Positions 37,672 through 49,739 of a DNA stretch of 64,000 bases are shown here, in pieces. This stretch comes from Octopus vulgaris (lineage: Eukaryota). The stretch is taken from assembly GCA_951406725.2 (NCBI GenBank), contig OX597839.1, positions 24,614,001 to 24,678,000 of the forward strand, read 5' to 3'. The position numbers and the translations under genes are program-made. The notes beneath the pieces were generated by a model. That model did not search any database. It had not been told where the DNA came from and saw only the letters and a list, made by a program, of their open reading frames with translations. How positions within the stretch are numbered: position 1 is the first letter of the stretch; each line of letters begins with the position of its first letter.

Positions 37672-39424
37672 GTAAGTAGATAGAAAGATAGGTAAGTAGG
37701 TAGATAGATACACACACACACATACACAAATATAATTCACGCGTACGCACAAACACACACAAATACACATTGTTGCACACATACACACAGAGAAATATAC
37801 TATTAGATATCTATCACAAATACACACACACACAGATACACGTACTTACAAACGTCCCCACACAAACCTATATAATTACATAGACATACAAACATTATTA
37901 GGCACATTGTTACACACACATACGCAGAGAAACACACAAATCTTCCTCATACACACACTCCTACACGCGAACACACACACACACAAACACAGACTATTAC
38001 ACACACTCAGACACACGCACACTTACACATGCACAGAGGAATATACTGTTACACACAGACAAATTTCCATACACACACACACATACACACAAACACTATT
38101 ACAATCACACACACACAGCAATACACTCTTACAGATACACAAATCTCCTTCGCGCACACACATACACACACACACACATACACACACAAGTCAACACAAA
38201 CATGCGTACACACACACACACACAAGTCAACACAAACATGCGTACACACACACACACACAAGTCAACACAAACATGCGTACACACACATACACATATACA
38301 CAAGCATACTATTACATATACATACATCTTCACGCACACACATGTACACACACACACAAGTCAACACAAACATACACAAGCATACTATTACATATACATA
38401 CATCGACACGCACACACAAGTTAACACAAACACATGTACACACAAACATATTATTACATAGACATACACACACACACAAACATTATTACAGTCATACACA
38501 CACACACAAACAGCAATATACAGTTACATACACAAAGCTCCTTCACACACACACATGTATATACACAGGCTCGCAAACACATACTATATTATATGGACAC
38601 TCTATACACACACATACACAAATATACTTCACGCGCACGCACAAACACACACACATTCACACTGTTGCACACATACACACAGAGAAATATACTATTAGAT
38701 ATCTATCACACACACACACACACAGCAATATACAGTTACATACACAAAGCTCCTTCACACACACACACATCCTCTCACCCCCACCCCACTGCTGTGTCTG
38801 TGTGTGGTATAAGATATCCACACACACACACTCTCTCTCTCTCCGTCTCTATGGCTTCCTCCAGCCATCCCCCTCTGCCATTAAAACCTGCTGACAAAAC
38901 ACCTCTTTGTTCCGTTACACATGTTTAGTCTTCTTCTTCTTCTTCTTCTTCTAAACCAAACACTAACACTCCTCTTTCATCAGCCACTCATTCACTCCTT
39001 CACCGCCCTCCTTCCCTCGCTCTCTCCTTCTCATACCTTTCTTTCCTTAGTCTTTCTCCCCTTTTTTTACACTCATTCACATCGCTGCTCTCTCTACCTT
39101 ATATTCTTCACACACTCACTCTATCTCTCTCTCTCTATCTATCTATCTCTCTTTCAAGCATTCATTCAAATCATTCCCCCTCCTTTATAACTTTTACTCT
39201 TTCACCCTGCTTTCATCGTTTTTCTTTCACACATTCATCCGAATTGTTTCACTCTTTCATCTCTCTCTCTTTCTCACTCATTCATTCAAATCGTTTTCCC
39301 ATTACTTTTTACACTTTTACCCTGCTTTTATAATAAATCTCTCTCCACCTCTCCATCTCTCTCTCTCTCTCTCTCTGCCTCTTTCACACAAGTCCCGTCT
39401 TCAAAACTCTCCCTCTCTCTATAC

Positions 39425-39851
39425 ACTCTTTCACTCTTTTACTCTTTTACTTGTTTCAGTCATTTGACTGCGGCCATGCTGGAGCACCGCCTTTAGTCGA
39501 GCAACTCGACCCCGGGACTTATTCTTTGTAAGCCCAGTACTTATTCTATCGGTCTCTTTTGCCGAACCGCTAGGTAACGGGGACGTAAACACACCAGCAT
39601 CGGTTGTCAAGCAATGCTAGGGAGACAAACACACACACACACACACGCATACATATATATATATATACATACATACATACATATATACGACAGGCTTCTT
39701 TTCAGTTTCCGTCTACCAAATCCACTCACAAGGCATTGGTCGGCCCGGGGCTATAGCAGAAGACACTTGCCCAAGGTGTCACGCAGTGGGACTGAACCCG
39801 GAACCATGTGGTTGGTTAGCAAGCTACTTACCACACAGCCACTCCTGCGCC
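39425..39851 (-). mobile_element. SINE family A
   Basis: Identity to family A. Confidence 0.9.
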
Positions 39852-40245
39852 TATATAATACTTTATCACTTTCTCTCTCACTGTCTCTCTCACACACTCA
39901 TTAATATTTACTCACACACTCACTAACTTTCTTACTTTCCTTCCACTTTCCCTCTCTCTTCCTTTCATTCTTTTCTCTTCTCCGACTCCTTCTCATGCTT
40001 TCGTTTCTTTTTCTTTTTTTGCTCTCGTTCTCTCTTTCACTTTTTCATTCTCTCTCACACTCTTTTCTCTCTCTTGTTTCTCCTTCACATTATCTTCTCA
40101 TTTCTCTCTTCTCACTCTCTCCCTCTCCTTCTAACTTCTCTTTCAGTCAATAGCCTGCTTTTTCATTCCTTTTTTTTTACCTTTCTACCTGATTTTCAAT
40201 ATCTATCTATCTAATCAATGAATCTATCTGTCTGTCTATATCTAC

Positions 40246-40276
<31 letters not shown>

Positions 40277-40324
40277 CCTACCTATCAGTCTATCTATCTA
40301 TCTACCTATCTGTCTATCTATCTA

Positions 40325-40360
<36 letters not shown>

Positions 40361-40392
40361 CCTACCTATCAGTCTATCTATCTACCTATCTG

Positions 40393-40520
<128 letters not shown>

Positions 40521-40880
40521 TCTATCTATTTAATCAATCAATCAATCAATCTATTTGTCTATCTATATCTACTTGTCTGTCTGTCTATCCATCTATTTAT
40601 CTATCTACCTATCTCTATCTCCCTATATATATATATATTTGAGTAAACATTATCTGGGAGAATTTTTCTGAAAGTAGTGGAAATGGCTAAAAAACTTTTT
40701 GGCTGCTATTTCTAGAAAGTTCAGTATGTGGCAAAGTAATTTATTTTACTAAGCCCTAATTATATAATGTAATATTTTGAATACGCCTTAAATGGTCCTT
40801 TTACATACTGAACACTACTTGGTGAAATTGATTAACAACTAATTAATTTTACCCTCAATTATTGATATATATATATATAA

Positions 40881-41275
40881 TCTTTATATATAAAAGTGAG
40901 GTTGTGTGTCTGTCTCCTACGATTTACATTCCTAACTACTCCCACATTTTGCGGTGCAGTTTAACCAAAAGCGGGTATCTTATAGTCGTGATTCATATCG
41001 AGCCCTTCTGGGTATTAGCGCGCGTCTACGATGAGTCTACGATTAAAAAAAAAATTACCATCAATTTTCCCCATTTTTAATGCATTTTTGGCATATATAA
41101 GGGAAGTTACTCTCTAAAAGTTTATTATTAAATCTCAGAACGTAAAAAGCTACAGTAACACCCCTCCCCCTTTGTGGTTAGCCATATTGAGATGGCTATT
41201 ATACTTTACATCTCTAAAAATGCTTATATAGTTATTTCCCTTACAAACCCGAGCAACGCCGGGCGATACTGCTAG
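40881..41275 (+). mobile_element. Non-autonomous Helitron
   Basis: A|TC...CCCGAGCAACGCCGGG...CTAG|T; paralog of 12257-12650. Confidence 0.85.
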
Positions 41276-41822
41276 TATATATATATATATATAGTATATA
41301 TATATATATATATATATATAATCAATCAATACTGTCTGTCTCTCTTTCTCTCGCTCTCTCTCACACTCACACTTCTCTCCCCCTTCTTCTTATACTCTAA
41401 CTTCTACCTTCCTCTTCCCACTCAAATCCCCTTCCGTCACATTCCCTTATTTTCCTCTCTTTCTTCCATATCACCCTCCTCCTTCCACATCACTCACTCT
41501 CCTTTTCTATCTCTCTCTCTCTCGTCCGTTTCTGTCTCCATTTCCTCTGATCCACATCTCTCTCTTTCTCTCACTTCCCCATCACTCTCTCCTTGTTCAT
41601 ATCTCCCTTTCTCCCTCCCTCCCTCCTTCCTCCTCTCTCTCTCTCACTTCCCTTTTTTTCTTCTCCCTTCCCTCTCACTCTCTCCCTCTTCTACATCACT
41701 CTATCCTTCCCTTCACTTCTATCTCTCTTATTTTCCGTTTCCTATTTAGTGATGTTCATCCCCCACCATCTCTCACTCTTTCTCTCTCTATCCATCTATC
41801 TCTCTATATATTTATCACATTG

Positions 41823-41856
<34 letters not shown>

Positions 41857-42040
41857 AATCTATCTATCTATTGATAATCTCTCTCTCTCTTTTACTTGTG
41901 TCAATCACTATTAGTGGTCATTCCTCTAATTTTGTATGTATAAAATGTTTAATCTTCGGATTTTTTAAAATATGCTAGGCCACTGGTTTTAATTGATCAA
42001 TATCAATTTCTACCCTTATTTAATTTTATATGTATATATA

Positions 42041-42591
42041 TGGTGGCTGCCCCCTTGTTATCGAGTATGGCCATTGCACGAAGCTTAATCAATGTTGTAA
42101 TCATGCAATGCCTGTGCAAGAAGATTTTTTTTTAAGTGAGGAAAGGCTGTGCACTGAGTCAATCCCACTCATTAAGCAACAGCAGCCATAATCCGAAAAG
42201 AAGAACAAGTCAACATCATCGGTAACCACTGAGCCGCAGGTTTTATGTCGGAGTTATTCCAGTTACCTGAGTTACCTTCTCCTAGAAGGATGCCCTAACA
42301 AAGGTTAGGAGTCCTTCACTCCCAATGGTTAAACCATGCGATCGGGTATTCAGTCCAATTATTTCTATGTCCCCGCACATGATACAGCCTAAAGACATTT
42401 ATTGGGTGGCCATTGACTCTCAAGAGTTCCTCCGCCCTTTGACGGGTTTTGTTTTTCATCCTGCAGGGTATCCAATAAACACCCTCCTCACCAAGCAAGC
42501 TTGGTGGGGTTGCCAGTTTAGTCGCCGACGACCTGACCATGCAACAGGTTGTACAGGGTTACATGTTACCAGTAGCACTCGAAAGTGACCT
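42041..42591 (-). mobile_element. Non-coding RTE-derived retroposon (5' UTR-like head plus short tail)
   Basis: GC-richer insert between microsatellites; head resembles recalled RTE 5' UTRs; no credible ORF. Confidence 0.5.
42513..42591 (-). ncRNA. Candidate HDV-like ribozyme (degenerate)
   Basis: Elements occur in HDV order: P1 GGTCAC, P2 CCTGT, P3 ACA, L3 ACCTGT, P3' TGC, P1' ATGGTC, GG, P4 TCG-TCGG-CGA, J4/2 CTAA, P2' ACTGG; one mismatch each in P1, P2 and P3. Confidence 0.5.
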
Positions 42592-42655
42592 GACATAATA
42601 CACACACACACACACATATACACATATATATATATATATATATTAAGGGCATTAA

Positions 42656-42878
42656 TATACATAAATGCCTCACACTATGAGGGACTGTTAGAGTCAAAAC
42701 TATGATAATAAACACATTGTACTGAACGCGAGGGAATGCACTAATTATGAAATCATATGATCTGCGGCTGAATCTGTTTTTAAGGAGCTTTGCTTTGAGA
42801 GTTGCATTCGTTACAATGTGTTTATTATGGTAAGTTTTGACTTTAAGGGTCCCTCATGACATGAGGCATTTATGTATA
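42656..42878. repeat. Fold-back with ~75-bp imperfect inverted arms
   Basis: 42656-42728 versus 42804-42878. Confidence 0.8.
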
Positions 42879-42921
42879 GTAAATATATTTAAAGGGAAAC
42901 ATTTAAAAAATTTTCCCTTAT

Positions 42922-43562
42922 GACTCTTGACTAAAAGTTTTAGACATTCACACACACACACACACACATTTGTGGCCAAAATTTTGGAACATTTTTTTCA
43001 AAATTAAAATTCTTGTGCTCAAGTACAATTTGATTCAAATAAATACAATGTATATTAATATATAATATAAAAATTCTAATTTTCAGATTTATGTTCCAAA
43101 TTTTGGCCAAGTAATATAAAGATATCCCTGTGCCGGTGGCATGTAAAATCCCTGTGCTGGTGGTATGTAAAATCCCTGTGCTGGTGGTATGTAAAATCCC
43201 TGTGCTGGTGGTATGTAAAATCCCTGTGCCGGTGGCATGTAAAATCCCTGTGCTGGTGGTATGTAAAAAGCACCATCTGAACGTGGCCGATGCCAGCGCT
43301 GCCTTGACTGGCTTCCGTGCTGGTGGCACATAAAAAGCACCAATCCGATTGTGGCCGCTGCCAGCCTCGTCTGGCACCTGTGCAGGTGGCACGTAAAAAG
43401 CACCCACTACACTCACGGAGTGGTTGGCGTTAGGAAGGGCATGCAGCTGTTGAAACTCTGTCAGATCAGACTGGGCCTGGCGCAGCCTTCTGGATTTCCA
43501 GACCCCAGTTGAACTGTCCAACCCATGCTAGCATGGAGAACGGACGTTAAATGATGATGATG
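42922..43562 (+). repeat. Inverted duplicate of 32343-32970 with a 24-bp minisatellite expansion
   Basis: Same flank and junction; (AAATCCCTGTGCTGGTGGTATGTA)n at 43125-43265. Confidence 0.85.
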
Positions 43563-43621
43563 AGGCTTTTCACGTTGACTCCTTGATAAATTCTTTTAAA
43601 GATTTTATCCTAATTTTAAAT

Positions 43622-43654
<33 letters not shown>

Positions 43655-43695
43655 ACATACGTTTATGTGTATATGTGACACCGCTACGGAAAATG

Positions 43696-44568
43696 GGATT
43701 TTTTTCTAGCAGTGTCAAATGAAAATGTCACCCATAATTATGGCCCTAGTATCGATCTATTGCATTTCAATCTATTTTAGATCTAGGGTTAGAGTTAGGG
43801 TTGGTTAGGGTTAGGGGTGGGGGAAGGGTATCTTTTTTTTTTCACAAATGTAAATAAACCCAATCTGTTTCTTAAAGGAGGGACATATTCATTATGCACA
43901 GAATGTTATTTACCTAAATGGAGGCCAGCGATTGATTAAAATTGCCGAAATGCTTGAAATTAAAGTGGAAATATGTTACAACATATAAAATTTTTTCTCA
44001 ATAAAGCCAAGAGAAAATGATGTTTTATAAACACATTCTACCAGTATACGAAGTTTAAAATTTTTTAGTTACCTAGAAATTATGTTACAAACTGCCGTTC
44101 AAAAGGAAAAGATCCAAAAACCGTGCCGTTGAAGAGATCGGCGCAAGTGGTCCTTATCCAGCTTCACTTTGAGTACATCTTTTATGCAGTTGATGGCTTT
44201 CCACCCATGACATCTCCTTCTCCATGTCTCGGCGCATATTCACCTCTTGACCGTTTCCTTTCCAACATCTCTATACATATGTAATGTATAAGAGGTGTGC
44301 GCGTGTGTAAGAGCGGATTGCTATTTAACATATACAGAGGATCTTCGTTTGTTTATCAATATCGATAACGCAGCAAATGATTTCAGCTCAAATGCTGGCA
44401 ATTCATTGGTTAAAATTCGAAGAATTAAACTACGTTAAACTTACAAATTACAATTTTCTCAAAAAAGCCAAGTGAAAATAATGTTTTCTTTTGACACATT
44501 CTACCAGTATACGAAGTTTCAAATTGTTTAGTTAACTAGAAATTCCGTCCATCAAAAGGAAAAGATCC
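43696..44568. mobile_element. Two related MITE-like elements (43696-44115 and 44339-44568); the first has TTAGGG-like units
   Basis: Both end CAAAAGGAAAAGATCC and share ACACATTCTACCAGTATACGAAGTTT. Confidence 0.55.
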
Positions 44569-44797
44569 CATATACATTTAATAGTAAGCATGTGAGTGTG
44601 TGTGTGTGTGTGTGTGTGAGTCTATGTGTGTATGTATGTATATATATAATGTGGAAAGCCGGTTTATGGGATAATCTTAGGTTTCTCGTCCGTATAAGGT
44701 TTAGCTTCATGGCAGGTCGTCAGATCCCCAAAACACACAGAGAAAGAGATAGTGAAAGACACACAAACACAGAAACACACATATAGTCACGCATGCG

Positions 44798-44830
<33 letters not shown>

Positions 44831-45443
44831 CACATATACATACATACATTATCTGTGTATCAATCTATCTACAAACGTCTGTGGATGTATCTATGTGTAG
44901 AGAGACAGGAGGGGGAGTGAAACAGACAGAGAGAGAGGGGTAGTTGTAACAGACAGAGAGAGGGGGAGTTGTAACAGACAGAGAGAGGGGGAGTTGTAAC
45001 TTAACCCAATACATACATAAGTACAACACACACACACACAAACACGCGTGCGCGTTAATTACCACTTGTGAGTGTAAAGAACTATGGCAAGGTAGGAGGT
45101 GAAGGTGGAGAAGGAGGAAAAGGAGAAGAGGGAGGAGGACGTGGTCGTGGTGGTGGTGGTGGTGGTGATAACTGGTTAGAGATTTCCACATGACTTCTCG
45201 CCTTTTAGCAGACATCGTCAGATAACGGAGGTCTTTTAAGGGCGAATGTGTTTCCATTAAAAGCCTCTTTCCTCCCTGTCAATGACCCCTTCACCCTTTC
45301 CCCTGTCGCTATCACTGACACAGTTGCCCCCCCCTCTCTTGTACCCCCGAATAATAATAATCTATCGTTGTCACTGGAAAAAGTCAACGCGGCGATGAAC
45401 AGATAACGAAATAACATTGGAGAGAGGATGGCCCACCCTGACG

Positions 45444-45474
<31 letters not shown>

Positions 45475-45512
45475 TACATGCTAACCTAAACGAACGTGCA
45501 CACACACATAGG

Positions 45513-46287
45513 TACTTTTCTACTCCAGGCACAAGGCCCGAAATTTTGGGGAGGGGGGGGACCAGTCGATTAGTTCGACCCCCGTACGCAACTGGTACTT
45601 GATTTATCGACCCCCCCGGAAAGATGAAAGGCAAAGTCGACCTCGTCGGAATTTGAACTCAGAATGTAAAGACAGACGAAATACCTATTTCTTTACTACC
45701 CACAAGGGGCTAAACACCGAGAGGACAAACAAGGACAGACAAACGGATTAAGCCGATTATATCGACCCCAGTGCGTAATTGGTACTTATTTAATTGACCC
45801 CGAAAGGATGAAAGGCAAAGTCGACCTCGTCGGAATTTGAACTCAGAATGTAAGGACAGACGAAATACCTATTTCTTTACTACCCACAAGGGGCTACACA
45901 CATAGAGGGGACAAAGAAGGACAGACAAATGGATTAAGTCGATTACATCGACCCCAGTGCGTAACTGGTACTTAATTTATCGACCCCGAAAGGATGAAAG
46001 GCAAAGTCGACCTCGACGGAATTTGAACTCACAACGTAACGGCAGACGAAATACCTATTTCTTTATTACCCACAAGGGGCTAAACACAGAGGGGACAAAC
46101 AAGAACACACAAACGGATTAAGCCGATTATATCGACCCCAGTGTGTAACTGGTACTTATTTAATCTACCCCGAAAGGATGAAAGGCAAAGTCGGCCTCGG
46201 CGGAATTTGAACTCAGAACGTAACGGCAGACGAAATACCGCTAAGCATTTCGCCCGGCGTGCTAACGACTCTGCCAGCTTGTCGCCT
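45513..46287 (-). mobile_element. SINE family C with internal ~185-bp unit tandemly repeated
   Basis: GAAATACCTATTTCTTTA recurs near 45678, 45863 and 46048; single head at 46235-46287. Confidence 0.85.
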
Positions 46288-46365
46288 CGAAACGAAGAAG
46301 AACCCTGGAATATTGACTTAATGATACAAAGGGCTAAAACTAAAAAGAAAAAAGAAAAAAAAACC

Positions 46366-46763
46366 GGCTGTGTGGTAAGTAGCTTGCTAACCATCCATAT
46401 TGTTCCGGGTTCAGTCCCACTGCATGGCATCTTGGGCAAGTGTCTTCTGCTATAGCCCCGGGCTAACCAAAACCTTGTGAGTGGATTTGGTAGACGGAAA
46501 CTGAAAGAAGCCTGTCGTATATATGTATATATATGTGTGTGTGTTTGTGTGTCTGTGTTTGTTCCCCTAGCATTGCTTGACAACCGATGCTGGTGTGTTT
46601 ACGTCCCCGTCACTTAGCAGTTTGGCAAAAAGAGACCGATAGAATAAGTACTGGGCTTACAAAAAGAATAAGTCCCGGGTTCGAGTTGCTCGACTAAAGG
46701 CGGTGCTCCAGCATGGCCGCAGTCAAATGACCGAAACAATTAAAAGAGTAAAAGAGTAAAGAG
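46366..46763 (+). mobile_element. SINE family A
   Basis: Identity to family A. Confidence 0.9.
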
Positions 46764-46877
46764 AATCTTGCGTATGCCTTAAATATATTTAGTTATAATT
46801 ATTTCTACCATAAACCAAAATAAAATGAACAAATTTAATAAATTTTGTAAAAAAAACAGATTAAAAACAATCATTAA

Positions 46878-47065
46878 GTGGTGAGTTGGAAGAAACGTTA
46901 GCATGCCGGGCGAAATGCTTAGCGGTATTTCATCTGTCTTTATGTTCTGAGTTCAAATTCTGTCGAGGTCAACTTTGCCTTTCATCCTTTTGGGGTCGAT
47001 AAATTAAGTACCAGCTGCATACTGTGGTTGATCTAATCGAATGGTCACCCCCAGAGTAGAAAAGA
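46878..47065 (+). mobile_element. SINE family C
   Basis: GTTAGCATGCCGGGCGAAATGCTTAGC...GAGTTCAAATTC...GCCTTTCATCCTT. Confidence 0.75.
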
Positions 47066-47137
47066 ATATTTCAGGACCCTTGTATCCCACTAGGTACCCC
47101 CACAAAAAAGAAAAATCTCAGAAAATATACATGATAG

Positions 47138-47527
47138 GCGTAGGAGTGGCTGTGTGGTAAGTAGCTTGCTTACGAACCACATGGTTCCGGGTTCAGTCCC
47201 ACTGTGTGGCACCTTGGGCAAGTGTCTTCTACTATAGCCTTGCGCCAACCAAAGCCTTGTGAGTGGATTTGGTAGACGGAAACTGAAAGAAGCCCGTCGT
47301 ATATATGTATATATATATGTGTGGATGTTTGTGTGTTGTGTTTATCCCCCCCAACATCGCTTCACAACCGATGCTGGTGTGTTTATGTCCCCGTAACTTA
47401 GCAGTTCGGCAAAAGAGACCGATAGAATAAGTACTAGGCTTACAAAGAAAAAGTCCTGGGGTCGATTTGCTCGACTAAAGGTGGTGCTCCAGTATGGCCA
47501 CAGTCAAATGACTGAGACAAGTAAAAG
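47138..47527 (+). mobile_element. SINE family A
   Basis: Full head with A and B boxes; identity to family A. Confidence 0.9.
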
Positions 47528-47989
47528 TTTAAATGAGTATGATGCTTCAGGTCAGTTTTATCCCTTGAGGTGTAGACATACAATCAAAAGACACTCCAGG
47601 CGTGACCATCCCATTATCTGCCATATCTACAATATGTCCTTCTTTTTACTTCATGACCAGATCCAGACAGATTTAAGACAAAGTCTACAAATTTTCCCTT
47701 TATTTGAGTAAATTAGCCAGATTTGCTCTAAAGGAAACTATGTAATGACCATTATTTATAACTTGTGTTATATCTCATTCTGTGCCAAAATCAGTTTGAG
47801 TGGAACCCCTCCATGGATTTACAATATAGAATTGTGACGAACCACAACTTTGGACCCTTTCATAAGAATCCCTGGAGTTCTTCACTAATCTAAACAATAT
47901 TGTTAACCTGGTGTGTTCCCAGCAGAGCTTATGAAGAATTTGGCCAGGATTGATGGAACCTTCAGTATTAGCTTTTTTTTTTCTTCTTT

Positions 47990-48284
47990 TTTTACTTGTT
48001 TCAGTCATTTTGACTGCGGCCATGCTGGAGCACCGCCTTTAATCGAGCAACTCGACCCCGGGACTTATTCTTTGTAAGCCCAGTACTTATTCTATCGGTC
48101 TCTTTTTGCCGAACCGCTAAGTGATGGGGACATAAACACACCAGCATCGGTTGTCAAGCAATGCTAGGGGGACAAACACACAAACACACACGCATATATA
48201 TATATATATACATATATACGACAGGCTTCTTTCAGTTTCCGTCTACCAAATCCACTCACAAGGCTTTGGTCGGCCCGAGGCTAT
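47990..48284 (-). mobile_element. SINE family A, head missing
   Basis: Identity to family A; abuts an A-rich repeat (48290-48640) related to 34845-34965. Confidence 0.85.
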
Positions 48285-48674
48285 GTATGTATAATACAAA
48301 AATGGGACAAGAACACAAAGCATCCAGTCAATTAGGTGATACAAAAAAGGGACGATACAAAGAAAACAAAGATGGGTCAGTCGGAGTTTTCTTTCCTCAG
48401 TCGAGTTCCAGATTATCTTTGCAATTTTGGCTGGTTATTCTTGAGATTGCTCCAATCTGGCCAGCCCCAAGGAAAAATCTAAGCTAAGAGCATCAGATTC
48501 CTTAGAAGAAAGCAGCGAATGTATATGAAAACAAAGACAGAAAAAAAAACAAAAAACGGAGAAATGGTACACAATACAAATAACAGGACATTAACAACAG
48601 GCGTCTTTCGACTAAGGATGAATTAAATTCAGCTGGTGTGTGTGTGTGGAAATAAAAATAAACTACAACAACAT

Positions 48675-49056
48675 GGAAGCACTCCGTCGGTTACAACGAC
48701 GAGGGTTCCGGTTGATCCGAATCAACGGAACAGCCTGCTCGTGAAATTAACGTATAAGTGGCTGAGCACTCCACAGACACGTGTACCCTTAACGTAGTTC
48801 TCGGGGATATTCAGCGTGACACAGAGAGTGACAAGGCCGGCCCTTTGAAATACAGGTACAACAGAAACAGGAAGTAAGAGTGAGAGAAAGTTGTGGTGAA
48901 AGAGTACAGCAGGGACCACCACCATCCCCTGCCGGAGCCGCGTGGAGCTTTAGGTGTTTTCGCTCAATAAACACACACAACGCCCAGTCTGGGAATCGAA
49001 ACTGCGATCCTACAACCGCGAGTCCGCTGCCCTAACCACTGGGCCATTGCGCCTCC
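48675..49056 (-). mobile_element. SINE family B with TSD
   Basis: TSD TACAACAACAT at 48664-48674 and 49057-49067. Confidence 0.92.
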
Positions 49057-49593
49057 TACAACAACATAGGCTGAGGTTCACCACAGTTGTTTCAGAAGCG
49101 TTCTTTATTCTTTTCTATGAGGCCCAAAATTTTTGGGGGAGAGGGCCAGTCGATTAGATCAACCCCAGTATGCAACAGGTACTTAATTTATCAAACCTGA
49201 AAGGATGAAAGCAAAGTCGACCTCGGTGGAATTTGAACTCAGAACGTAAAGACAGACGAAATACCGCTAAGCACTTCGCCGGGTGTGCTAACAATTCTGC
49301 CAGTTCACTGCCTTAAGAAGCGTTCTTTATTGATGAAGAAAAGGGTTACATCATACCAAAAAAATGTTAAAGAGAGAGAGAGAGAGAGAGACTATTGGAT
49401 AAACAGTAAGGGACTCTCTATACAAACATCAAGATAATGACAGACAGACAGACAGATAGATAGATAGACATGTAGGTAGATGGATAGACAGACAGATAGA
49501 TAGATAGACAGAGAGACAGACAGACAGATAGATAGATAGACAGAGAGACAGAGAGAAATATAGATAGATAGACAGATAGACAGACAGACAGAC

Positions 49594-49642
<49 letters not shown>

Positions 49643-49739
49643 TAGATAGATAGACAGAGAGACAGACAGATAGAAATATAGATAGATAGACAGATAGATA
49701 GATAGATAGATAGACAGAGAGACAGACAGATGGACAGAT

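Noticed and set aside
48290-48640. Hammerheads in the A-rich repeat shared with 34845-34965
   Set aside because: Only partial cores (CTGAGGA/CTGAAGA) without consistent stems.
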